Assembly (NCBI GenBank): GCA_965285935.1
Contig: OZ260667.1
Location: 7,936,001-8,000,000 of the forward strand
Source: Ophelia neglecta
Taxonomy: Eukaryota
DNA: 64,000 bases
Direction: 5' to 3'
In this document: positions 1-12,900 of the stretch, piece after piece
Numbering within the stretch: position 1 is the stretch's first letter
Layout of the letters: each line of letters opens with the position of its first letter
Program-made: the position numbers and the translations under genes
The notes under the pieces: generated by a model
Told to the model about the DNA's origin: nothing
What the model saw: only the letters and a program-made list of their open reading frames with translations
The model's database searches: none

Positions 1-208
1 CAGATCACTTACCAGGATGCCATTTACCGTGTGGATTATCTCAGATCACTCACCCGTCCGCCATTTGCTGTGCGGAGTATCTCAGATTACTCAACCGTCC
101 GCCATTTGCTGTGCGGAGTATCTCAGATAACTTACCCGTCCGCCATGTGCCGTGTGGAGTATTTTGGACCACTTACCCGTCCGCCATTTGCCGTGTTGAG
201 TATCTCAG
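1..208. repeat. 41-bp tandem repeat derived from the exon 10 3' end plus splice donor of guanylyl cyclase A
   Basis: Units start at 7, 48, 89, 130 and 171; consensus acttacccgtccgccatttgccgtgtggagtatctcagatc. The array runs off the window start. Confidence 0.9.
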
Positions 209-3200
209 CACATTTGAGGAAGACACCAGTGGCTGGCTCCATATCCAATATCCAGTAATCTGGTTCTCGGTCGCCAAGTTCATCCAAAATAACATTTCCC
301 GATATTCCTAAATAACAACTGTTCATAAGTTAGACAATTTCCAAGAAATGTTAGATTTCTAGACTTAACTTGTAAATAGCATTACACAATACAAGAACGG
401 GCAACAAAGGAACAAAAATGGTCTTACAATTACTCCAGGAATTGCCCGAGTCATATGTCTTTTCTCAGAATTACTCAATAACCCAAATTCTCCGAAGTCA
501 ACATTTTAACCCTCATATTTAAAAAAAATACTAATGTACTGTTATCTGGTATCACGATAAACATATCCTTTGCCAGCGTGATACACAAGTATCATTATAT
601 ATTAATGTTTGAAGGCACAATATACAATGAATTATACCTTTATATAGCACATTCTTCATGTTCTTAGCTACTGTAAGTCCGCTTTCGGGGTTTCCGCCAT
701 CACGCAGTGTTGCGTTCAAACCAATAGCATAAAGTATTACAGCATCATGAAGGAAGGGGCTGTATTTGTCACCCATCAGAAACTGGTATTCACGCTGGAA
801 TATACAGCAGTTCACCCATCAGTTTCATAAATTTATTCCTATTGGTTAAATTCGACAGGCACTTTGCAATAGGATCAAACCTCATGTATGAATTCAGATC
901 ATCTTGTAAGTATATACACAACAGTGCCAATAACCTCGTTTATTTTTAATGAGAAACACAAATATACCATTTTGCGCCACGTTCTCAAGTTGAAAATATA
1001 AAGTAAGAGCCCCTTTTTGAAATGAACTAAGACCAACATGATAAAAACAAAAAGGTATATATTGCACTAAAAAAGAATGTGGCTGATAGTTTTAATATTT
1101 ACCAGAACTTGTGGTGGAATAGTTTCTCGCCATGGTGACTTTTTCATTCTATCTGCTACTTCCATACGAAAATCAGTTACTTGTCGTCCTGTTAGAGCCG
1201 CTAAGCTCACCTAGAAAAACGAAGATGGCCATCTTAGTCAATGTTGGACATATTTTCAACTGTTGATTCGTTTTCTTCCATATTCATTAAATTAAAGAAA
1301 AAGTAAAATTGATGTCTATTCAGGGCTGCAGAGTAGACAATAGTTTCACCGCGTAGCATTCATTAAGGAATATATATCTTTCAGTGTATATTAAATGATT
1401 GCAATAGAAATGCGACCCTAGTAAGCACGGTGCATTATTTGAAGACAAGAGTGTCGACATTTATTAAAATGTGTACCTACATGGAACACGGATTCGAAGG
1501 CCACTCTTGATTCTGCGTCCCTCCCATCGTTTCCCTTCCAGACGGACTCGGGACTTAACACCTGTGGATGGTTAAATTATTATATCCTAGAAGACAACAT
1601 ATTAACGTATTGACCATGGACAAGGTGCATAGATATTATAATAAAACTATCGGTTTACCAAAGTATAAACATTACTGATACAACCAATATTAATGAAACA
1701 GCAAAATTATAAGGTTCAGTTGTCTTGAAAACTATATAAATGTTTAAACATATGAAGAAAGCGTGGCAAAACGTATAGGTAGTAATGACAACGAAACAGA
1801 CACCTTTAAATGTTACAGCTTTAAATGTTACTATGTAACAATATTAATTCCATGTATGAGCGTCTTGACCACAGTAGCCCTTGGTAAGATTTCACGGACG
1901 GTTTAACCACAAAATGAACACTTATCAAACCTCTAAATTAGGTAGCATATCAATTGTGTAGAAAACGAAAGTGAGCATAAAACGCCTGCGGTCTTCTTTG
2001 GGGGCGATTAGGAGCACAACTACAACGGGGAGAATACACTAAAGCAATATAAAGCAGAAACTATTATTTAGGTTCGCGAAAAAATACTTATCACACCTCT
2101 TCATCAGGAAGCATATCAATTGTGTAGAAGACATAGTCGCCTTTAGTCATGCCCAGATCATGGGCAGTGATCATAAAACGTCTTCTGTCTTCTGCGGGGG
2201 CGATTAGGAACACGACTATAGTGAAGAGAAAACCCTGCCATTACTTATTACGTATGGCGTTAGGGATGTATCACATTTCATAACCCACCTGGGATATTAG
2301 TTAGTAATGCAAAGGTTTAAATCCAAGGCAAGCCAAACGCACCTTTGAAATAACGTTTCCATTTACATAAAACACTGTGTTTATTCAATCTTGGCAGACA
2401 ATCAGGCTAAAGTTGGTACTGAAACGCACACGCAAAGCAATTTCACCAAAATCAAGGTACAGTGGGAGAATTAATGCCAATTTAGTAATATAATCATGGG
2501 ACATTTACGACTCTTTTAACAATAAATTGTCTCGCCTTGACATATAAAAGCAGGCTTGTCAATACTGTATTTACTGCACATAAAGGTCAGTATATAATTG
2601 ATAGTTTATAACTATATCTTCTATGAAGAAAGTAATTCATCTAAAACAAGTAACACCGAATTAATATTTCAGTCACCATCGCGGTGCATATCAACCCGAA
2701 AAACGTGGCCTTTAAAGTACTAGTTGTTTCTTTCTGGTATAAAGAAAAGTTGATTACATTGAGGGAAGACACACAGGGTTTTGTCTTTAAACCCCCTTTC
2801 CCCAAACAACTATTGAAATGGGTCAGAATGGAAAGATGTTGTCAAAAAATGAGGGAATGTACTTATAAATGTACTTGTTAATAACTGAGAATAAGGTTAT
2901 AACATTCTACTTGTGCTGGAATAATAATTCAGAAATTTTGAAAACCACAAACGGAATCTCGCATTTAATAAATTGTGATGATGTTATTTCATTATCGAGA
3001 CACGCGTGGATCTCTTGCTGAACCTGTTGTACATGAATTCAATATTGAAGCCAGCAACATCTGTCAATATCAATATCTCTACTTATAATCACAGGGTTTT
3101 TATTCGAGAACAAAGCCCTTAAACCAACCTCTTCCTTCCATCTTTGTCCTAATTAATTCATTTCGTATATATTGCTGGGGAGGGAATCTGTTGAAAAATG

Positions 3201-6200
3201 AATTATTGACATTTTTTACACAATGATTTCCTCGAAGATCACAATAATAGCATAACACCATAAAAAGCATGCTTTTTGACCGTATTTTAGTTAAAGTGAA
3301 ACCTGTGAATTAAGACCACCCGAGGGACTAGAAAAAGCTGGTCTGATTTTGGAGGTGGTCTGTTTAGACAGGTTATTTAACATTGAAAGTATACAAACGG
3401 GTCATTATATTAGTGGTCTAAATTGACAGGTGGTCTGATTATGGAGGTGGTCTTTAAGGCAGGTTTCACTTTAATAACCGGATATCTCCAATGAGCGAAG
3501 CATAAATACAGACAAGGTAGAATGTTCAAATATGTGCGTTTTTTTTGTAGGTTGCACATTGATGAACATTAAATATTTCTGGCATATGTATGCTTTATGT
3601 TTCTTCTTAATTGTTTGTACATAATATTACGCGACCTGGAAACAATAAAAAACATTCAGAGAAAAAAGGATATACCATGCTAACCGTTGTGATCTGATAT
3701 TATTATTAAAAGGCTGTGTTATCTGTATACAGAGTAGATCACCAACCTTTCATATTCTGCCTGGTAGGCAATGGTGATGTTATTTTCGTTAAACACTTTC
3801 CTGATTGCTTTACTGGCATCCATATATAAAAGGTAGTTAGAACTGAAAAAGTAAGACGAAACATCGATTGAAACAAGAGGGAACATTGACAGGAAGTAAT
3901 AATCATACATCAGGCCTAACACCTAAGGTGTTAAGGAAGTTACCCAACTCAATCGTTCGGTAACATTATCCTTTCATCGGTCTAAATATAATAGAAATCT
4001 CTATATAATAGAAATATCTAAATACATTTACTGACATCATATTCGCAAGAATATTCGCAAGAATGCCTCTTGGCAAGGAAATGGATTGTATCAAGCAGAT
4101 TTCTTTCAAGATTTGGCCGCGTTATGGCTTGAATGAAATAGCAAATAAAATGAAAGAAGTGACTTGGGCGGTATTTACTTTGACTAACCTCAGAACCACC
4201 ACTCTCTTCCAATTGTACATTTTTAGATGTTCCAAAATAAAAAGTCCCATCTTAGAAAAAGGTCCTAGGGTTCTAACTAGTGTAGAATATGACACCTTAT
4301 CGTCGAAATCGGGATCCGTCGCCACCCAGGATATAACTGGTATATCAAACACTGATGCTATCTCGGACAGAGATCTACAAGCTGTAACAAAAGAGATCCA
4401 AATTACTGACAAGTAGTCACATCCAGGGTACCACAGACAGATTAACAGTGGTGAGAATGTATTCGAGTAACGTTTTAAAATTGCTTTAAGCTTTAAAAAA
4501 AATGACCTGTTTCAAGTCTACCTTTTCAAGCTTTAGAAACACCAACAAGTACCATGCCAGCATAAGAACATTCCTACGTTTTTTCTCTTACTAATAAGTT
4601 TATAAATATAAGCAAAATTTCGCTTATTTCCGAAAAATCAATTTTGATTATTTCCTTGCAAAGAAAAACGCAGAGGAATCGTGCTTGCAAAGTGCCGTCA
4701 ATTACAACACATACAACGCTGCCAGATACCTTAGTTATTTATTAACTATATAATAAGTCCACACTCTTCGCAATATTTCGGTTCATATGCACATTAGAGC
4801 GAAGTGGTCAGGGGTCATTAAAAGGCATGAATTAATGTCAGTTTAGCCATTCAGATTTGAAAAAACATCAAATGTTTCTTCATAACTTCTACTAATCAAT
4901 GGCAAAAACTGACTAATACTTCATCCCTCACTTAGTTCCTTTGATGATAATGAATGTTTGTTTTAATACAGCAGTAGCTGACAGAATGGTCTAGGGTTGT
5001 GTATGTATGTTCTATCCATTAATGCATGAATATTGTATCAAGTACGCCGGATCTTGAATGCACGCAGTACAGCCAAGAAAGCATCAATGAATTCCATACA
5101 TTTTTTTTCCGATTAAAACCATATTAAACCAAAAAATGGTACAAGTGTCTGTGGAACAAGGTTACCCAATGATCTGTTCTGATGACTATCTATTCTGACG
5201 TCACTATCAGCTGGCTGGCAAATAAACCTAATAAGAATAGATCAACAAAGAAACTTGTTGGCTGGCCGCCATCAGATTATTTTCAAAAGACTACTCTATC
5301 AGCCTATACGTGGTGTACACCCATGCACTGACCCAATGTAATATATGAAGAACTATAAGTGCCACTCGGGAGAAACGGAGTATCCTGCTTGGTGGAAAAT
5401 AAGAAAATATCTATTATTTTAACCCCTGTTGATAAAGCATACCTATGCAAAACTTCAAAGCATATTTGACCAGTTTGGCCTCAGCGGTAGTCGGGGCCCT
5501 GTGCTATATTGCCTACCTGCAGAACAGGGAGGTCCTATGAACACGTTTACAGACTCGTTATGCCAGAGATCCACGGCCTTCCCAATAGATTCCTTGCTTT
5601 TGCAGGCCGAATCTCGGTGGACCACGCTGGAAGACAAAGGGGCCGAGAATTACTCACTAAGATATTTAGATGAAAGGGTGGAAATGTTTAAAACATGATT
5701 TCAGGGTATGTAACAGCAATTTAATTTATTATATATTTTCAAGCTTTTTTGATTTCAAGTTGGAAATTCATACTTGCCCAAAATTCCACGAGCAGCTGTA
5801 TTAGCAAATGAGCTTTAATTCTATACCCATACAATATTTAAGGATATTTTCCGATTAGAGACAATTCCTGAGTGAAATTTTCCTGCTTGACCTACACAGG
5901 CGCTTGTGGCAGAATATTATTTATCCTTTTTGTACATTCGTCTATGTATAAGGAGACTAATACATGTAGAAAGTATGAAATAAGAAGCAGGTAAACCGAC
6001 TCGAGCATGCTTTTGTCTTAAGATTATCATTTCCTGTCCTGCGTGCTATCTCCTGGCGTTTTGAAATAATCGGGGCAATAACCACAGCGTCGTTTTCTTG
6101 CCATTGCGATTCTTGAAAGGCTGTTTAACGGACAACATACGAAGTGTTTTTATAATAGTGGATAATAGTAAATTTAATTTCTACAGCCTACCTGAGTGTG

Positions 6201-6415
6201 AATTCCCCATTGGCATTGAGAGACGGGTTAGATGCCACTTTCTCCATTGCGATTGACACAGCGCTGGCCGATGTTATCCCACTAAACTCAAATTCCATGC
6301 TCCATGGGGCAAGCAGGCCGATCTTGAAATTCCTAGTGCCCCCAGTTAAACGGGTAGCGCAAAGGAACAGGAAACAAAGAAGCAGGAGCCCAGGCATTTT
6401 CTTCTGTGAAGCCAT
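177..6415 (-). CDS. Receptor guanylyl cyclase (natriuretic peptide receptor-like), paralog A; 5' ten exons (signal peptide + extracellular ligand-binding domain), continues beyond window start
   Basis: Phase-consistent GT-AG exons: 6415-6192, 5626-5517, 4381-4189, 3842-3747, 3187-3129, 2215-2097, 1561-1481, 1210-1103, 782(or 794)-638, 307-177. Translation has ANF-receptor motifs ([59 protein letters not shown]). Internal exon sizes match paralog B except exon 9. An alternative in-frame ATG lies at 6439. Confidence 0.93.
1931..2019 (-). other. Tandem duplicate of exon 6 of guanylyl cyclase A (candidate mutually exclusive exon or pseudo-exon)
   Basis: ag|..[29 protein letters not shown]|gt; 89 nt, same phases as the 119-nt exon 2215-2097, with an in-frame 30-nt deletion. 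Confidence 0.7.
3294..3471. mobile_element. MITE family A (Tc1/mariner-pogo type, ~178 bp)
   Basis: TIR aagtgaaacctg...caggtttcactt flanked by TA; internal ggtggtct repeats; at least 6 copies in the window. Confidence 0.85.
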
Positions 6416-9400
6416 TATTTTCTTCGTAGCACCTGGCATAGCTATAAAAGAGGACCAAAACAGCCACAATATAAATTGTCTAAACCGAGGTTTGGCAGAG
6501 CTCTTCTTATAGTTGTAAAGGTAACAAAAAATACCACCAAAGGGCGGGTTAATAGTCAAAAATTTCAGAGAAGAGGTTTGAGAAACCCTCCCCGATCCAC
6601 GACAAAACGTTTGTGATCTCCTCGTCACAGGAATCGTAGTTATGAGGCGCCGATAATGACATAACCCGGAGCACATTGCCTATGTACATAATATTCTGTT
6701 AATGTACCATACATAAGTGTGTGTTCTTGTATCGCCAAAGGCATACAATGGTATTACATTTTACGCCGGCGTCATTAATAGCCTAAAGGCTTGCTCTAAG
6801 CCCCATACGAAATGATATCGACAATAGCCAGCAGACCAATATAACATCATTGCTTACATGATCTCTTACACTTCGAAAAGGAAAATATGATTCTATTGAT
6901 TATCATGTTTGTACGTGAACGAATAAAGTATGGTTATCAAATTTTCAGGCATTTACTTTCAACTGTATATGGAAAAGGTGAAGCACATTCAATTAGGTAA
7001 TTTGTATATTCTAAACATGTCAATAATAATATACATAAATAAACGTATAAACGTAGGCCCTTTTCCTGCTAATAAATTGCAGCCTATGATGTATCCCATT
7101 AAGGCCTCCTGTGATTCAGGTCAGTAATTTGACTATATGCTTATAGAATGCGATTTTTTTTTAAATAAATTTATTAATTAGTCCAACGGCAAAAACCTAA
7201 AACAGGTCAATAAGCAGGCCAACCTTAATAGTTTCGCTAAAAAACACGTTAATTAGCTATAGTGTTTTATTATTATTAAAAGAAGACCATACAGTGCCGA
7301 GATAGGAACAGTAGAAATAAAGCTATGTGACCTATATAAAGTAGGTCAACAAAAATTTAATCAATTAGAAGTCGGGTCATAGGCTACATTCTTACCATAC
7401 GCTTGGATCTACGCATCTTTTTCTGATCAAATGCATTTCTACTTTACTCTTCTTTTACGTTCTCAATTTGTTGGCACGTTTTTTGCAGATAAAAAAAAAT
7501 TCTGCTTGTTTGGCGGCCGGCAAGGATGGTGCTGACAGCAAATGCTATATGTGCTATAATAACATTTCGTTTGGCGATTGGTTTTTTTCAATCAGGTAGA
7601 AAACCGGTTATACCCAGAAACCTGGTGCCGATGGCAGTTTAACAGAAACTAGTAACCGTTTGAATTAGACAGGTAAGGTCGTTTGTGAGCTAGTACAGTT
7701 GCTAGTATTATCATAGCTCAGTAATTTATTACCAGATGGCGTTGCGGGTATTAGGCTATGGATCGGTTATAAATTAACACAACTAAACTTGATTCTATCA
7801 GGAAACCAATCGATCATTAAGATGGGCCAAGGTCAAATGAAGGTCACCATTATACTCCATTAATATATTTATCTTGACCGTTAAGCCATCAGGAGACAGA
7901 GAAAATATCTGTAATCGCAAAGTGACTCTGACGGTAAGTTCAAGATGAATCTCACCACTGAATTCCTTTCATATAAATTCCGATCATTTAGGGGTCAGTA
8001 AATTTTATAGTCCTAGCTTGTAAGGTTACACCATAAGAGTGCACACAAAGTTTAGCTTCAAGACAATTATTGCGTGTTAAATAAAAGTGAAATTAAATAA
8101 CATCAGATTTCTTGTTACAGATTCCCACTATGAACAATGCACCCTTCAGGATCAAACTCGCAATAACGTCAAATGTGTAAATTGTACCTTTGAAAAGATT
8201 CCCAAGGGCAAGTTCATGGTCACGACTGGATTCTTTGCATAGGAATCGTAATCAGTTATTGATATATATATATATATTAGGTACATCAATTTTTTCACCA
8301 TTAAGACACAAAAAGCAATTACAGATTTACTTTAAAGTTAGGAAATTTGCTAATCTCATCATTTTATCAATAAGGCCAAAACGTTAAGCCATATACTATC
8401 TATTTCAAAAAAGGTGGTCACTCTGCACTAGCCTGAACTGTTGGGTTTTGAGGGTTAGATTTTTAGATAAATTTTGATGGATTGGTTAAGGGTTTACAGT
8501 AAAATAAAAGTCCCAGCACCGACTTTATATAAATCGGCTAGCGCTTTGGGGGAAAGTATCAGTTATGAAAATCAAGATGTAAAACATGTTCTTGAAACTT
8601 GCAGCAAAGCAAGTTGTGGTTATGGTTCCGACTTGCTTATTTTCAATTATTGAACCCTTTGGTAATAAAACTAATCAATGACAACCCCCGACACCTACCC
8701 CGGCCGACATTTAATTGCCGCCCCTTGAACATAAGGGACCTTGCCTGTAAGGTGTATTGGTGTCTGACATGTTAATAATGTAGGCTATTTGAAAAGACAA
8801 ATTACAGTTCTGTTTGTGGCATTCGTTTCCATTTATTTCTCTTTTACTGCAAATAAGGTTTACATTTAAATTAGAACCAAACAGGGAATGACACCTTTGC
8901 CAATAAAAATAACACTGTTATATCATTTATTCTGTTGCACAAAATTCATACTAGTAAATTATCACTATTTCATGCCTTAAGTACACTTATGACTACCTTA
9001 TTTCAATTCCATTAGTACATTGATAATTAGTAAGCGCTTAACTTAGAGTAACTAAATATGATATGCAGAAAACTTCACCTAAAACATATCCCAACGTTAT
9101 TAGTTTTTTGTAATGTGTTTTCCAACACCGTTATGACTAATAATAACTAACTAATGTGTTACTTATAAACCACGATCAAATGAAACGGATAATTTTTAGC
9201 CTGCTGCTTATTTCCATATTTATCTAACATACACGTTTGATATACTTCTGTATATACAACTGTTACTTTTAGGATAAAAAGTAGCCCTACTCGCAAATTA
9301 TAACTAAAAGGAACGTTGACAATTAACAGAACTGTAACTCGATGCAAAACTAGCATGTAACATTTCTACTCACTGCCTAAAATTTTCCTTGCTCTCTCTT

Positions 9401-9905
9401 CTTATAACACTGTGAATATAAAGTGTATTTTACGTGCTTAATAACAAGACGTTTTGACAACCGGTTTCATTGTCTAGACTGTAAATTCTCAAAATTAGTC
9501 TCAATATGCAACTTTTATGTTCACTTTTTACCGATCACAAGGACGTACTGGGTGTGTGTTTGTCGACTGGTATAAATTCAGATTCCAGGAACTGTGGTAA
9601 ACTCGACCAAAGAACACACTCGAGTTAGTTAAAAGGGCAAGGCCTGAAAACTAGGGGACCGTTGATTTCGGATAAAGCCTATGCCATAATCTATGTTTAT
9701 TTTACCATAAGAATAACCGGAAGAGAGCTACACACCGTCTCCGTTTGCTACTTAGTCACTTGCAATGGATTGACATTTATTGTACAGTAACGGTTATCTC
9801 TTTGTACAATTGTTCCTACAACCACAGATATGTGAGATATTATGACTGGTCTGCATTCACTTATGTACCCACTCGTTCAATCAATTAACTTTCTTGGTTG
9901 CCTTA

Positions 9906-12900
9906 TTAATCTTTGCCATCCTCCTTGTTCACCGTATCCCTAAAAATAAATACATATATAGTAATCAACTGTGAAAACGTTGTCTAAGTAATAAAATGAG
10001 TAATAATCTTCATCGTAGAATCTGTGGGCATGTTTACTGTACATAACCCAAAAGTGAAGATCATTTTAACGCTCATATCTGAATATTAACATAAATGTTT
10101 TCACATGCAAAATATGTGAAGATGAAGTATTCGAGTGTTTCAAATTCTAGTTAAATTATCAGGCCCCGTTTCCGGAAGCTCTGTTAGGCTAAGGGATAAG
10201 ATAGGCTTATAATCCATAGGTTGGGACTGGCAAAATCCATTTTTCAATTAGTCAGAATTAGATTTAAGGCCAGGCTGTCTAGGTCTAGGAGCGAAGGTAG
10301 CTTCCAAAACCCCTACAGTAAAGTCGGCCGAAGTTTGCAATTTAATCATGAATCTATTTGGCATTGAAACTTATATATATAACTCCTACCGGATTTTTTA
10401 CTGTGGGGATTATAACACGTTGCCTGAATGGCCCTGCTTTATTTGGTAATGAGAATGATTGTACAAAGGGGATTTGGTCGACACTAGTCAGTCATGCGAG
10501 AAGTTTGTCCTTTCAGTAATAAAAGTGTAAGCATTAGATATATAAGGCTTACATTTCCAGTCTGTAACTGGCTATGTTTGTTTATACTGCACTAAAACAA
10601 ACATAAAGAATGGACAGAGATCCTTACTTATCAAAGGCCGGGAGAGGTTTATCAAATCCTTTTCTTCCGAACAGCCAATATGTCATTTGCAAGCCCTTTC
10701 CCTGAAATATAGAGTAAACTGCGTAAAAAATATAATAAAAATAAACCTTACAAGCATACTAATCTAATATAAAATTATAGGACACTCGAGTAATATAAAG
10801 ACACCCAATGAAATCATTAGTATTTTATTAGGATAACTAATACTAGTAGTATGAATTTAGTATTTAATAGCATTACACGTTTTGACCGCTAAAAACTAAA
10901 TACCCTGGCCATAATGAAACACTGTTTATCATTAAACCCAATCCTTATTTTCTCTACTTTATTACAATGTTTATTGTCATTCATTTTTCTCCCGAAAGGA
11001 ATAGGTAGGATTTCTTCCTCCTCCATTTGGCAAATCTGTCCGTTTTATCAACACAAATTTCAGTTTACCTTTATATTCATTTCCCCCCTCGGCGCCATCT
11101 CATAACCTCCGGTTGTTGTTAGGTACCCGTGTGTGGTTCTACTCATGTGGATCCTCAAGGCTGAGAAAAAAAGGTAACAAGGGACGTATTACTGTAAGCA
11201 AGGACATTATCAAACCCTATTTTGTGATGTATTTCTCTTATGAAGTTCAGCCCCTGAATAATACTGGAGTGATTTCCTATGTAAAGAATGAACACGTAGG
11301 AAAATGCCATGTAGGGTTGTTAAGGGAGCAGGGACCTGTATTTACAAGCGGTCTTAAGTTTAGTGATTAGAGTACCCTACTTACAATTATATCGGTCTTA
11401 TCCGTGTTTCCATTGACCAGAATTGAATTTAGACAACATGGCTAGGATTAAGACTAAATCCCGCTCTAGAAGCCTTCATTATTTTGTCTAGTCAAATTAC
11501 GATATCTTATATTGATTTTTATCCGATTTAAGACTTAAGATCGTTTGAAAAACAGGTTCCTGGACATTTTCGTGACAATTTCCGGCCGGAGTAAAACCCC
11601 TGGTTTACAATATAATAAAAAATTTAAGTTTGCTGTAAATGAAGTATTGTAGGCACTAGGGCGGTGCCACCGATCTCAAACTTAACGTGTTGATCAGCAA
11701 GGGAAGGAAGCCGAATGTTTTACTAGTATACTGGATTATGCGTAGGTATATGTAGGATTCACAAAATGAGACATAAATTGAAAACCTCATTGTCAAGGGT
11801 GGTTTTCAGATTAATTACGAACACATTCCTTAACTATGTCACTTAAAAGTTTGTGAAGGGAATATCTACGTTTTCCACTTGATTCCATTCTAGCTGCTAT
11901 GTTGACTGTGTCCCCGAAGAGACAGTATCTCGGCATCATAAGGCCTACCACACCGGCTACCACCGAGCCACTATGAAGACCTGAAAAACACAAAGAAAAG
12001 TCATAAGACCGACCAGGCCAGAAGACATTTTTCTATGACCTACAATCTGATCACACGACAGGCTTGTTCACATTGTTATAAGGAAAGTCTTAAAATGGAA
12101 TCCAAGGGCTTGGTATAGGATTAGAATAACATGCCACTCACCGATTCTTAGCTGTAATTGTTGAGCCGGTCTGTGACGTATTTTGAAGTGGGTGACTGTA
12201 CTAAGCAGGTCGAGGGAGACATTGGCGATCTCCGCCGCATGTCTGTTACCATTTCTTACGGGTACTCCACTCACAACCATGTACGCATCCCCTATTGTCT
12301 CAACCTGTCAAAAATTAAACAGTTTATATTAAGAAAAACACCCTCTCATTAACATCGGAGGCTTGACATCTTTGGATTTGGTTAAGTTCATCGTGAAACG
12401 AGATATATTTCCTTTCATGTATTAAATAATATTTTGTCGGTTTATTAAGTTGAACTTACTTTATAGACATCGTGTTTAGCGATTATATCATCAAAACAAG
12501 TATATAAATCATTCAAAAAGTCAACAACCTGAAAATAGATTAATTTCCTAAAACTTTCAAACTGCAAAATATTTTCAACTATGATTGCGTTCAAACCTTT
12601 ATATCCAAAACCCAATGTTAATACGGAAAAATTATTATCGAATAATATTAAGACGTTCTAAAAGGCTCCCTCTCCTGAACCTTTGAAAATATAAATCCAG
12701 AAATATTCATACTTCATTTGCGTCATTTTTTTAATGAGCATCATTTGGAATTCGTTTAAACATTTCAGCCAATCACACAGGATGTTAGAAAATGCCAGTC
12801 AATCACATATGACTATTTAAATCATGGAAATGACGGAGTTTTCAATGAGACGAACATTGTTCTTCACATTTTAGTCAGACTAAAGCTATCTCACCAACCT

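Noticed and set aside
4063-6512. Plus-strand ORFs over cyclase exons (4063-4416, 5429-5698, 6198-6512; also 24511, 27438, 30105)
   Set aside because: They are antisense shadows of conserved exons; their paralog similarity follows from the sense-strand constraint.
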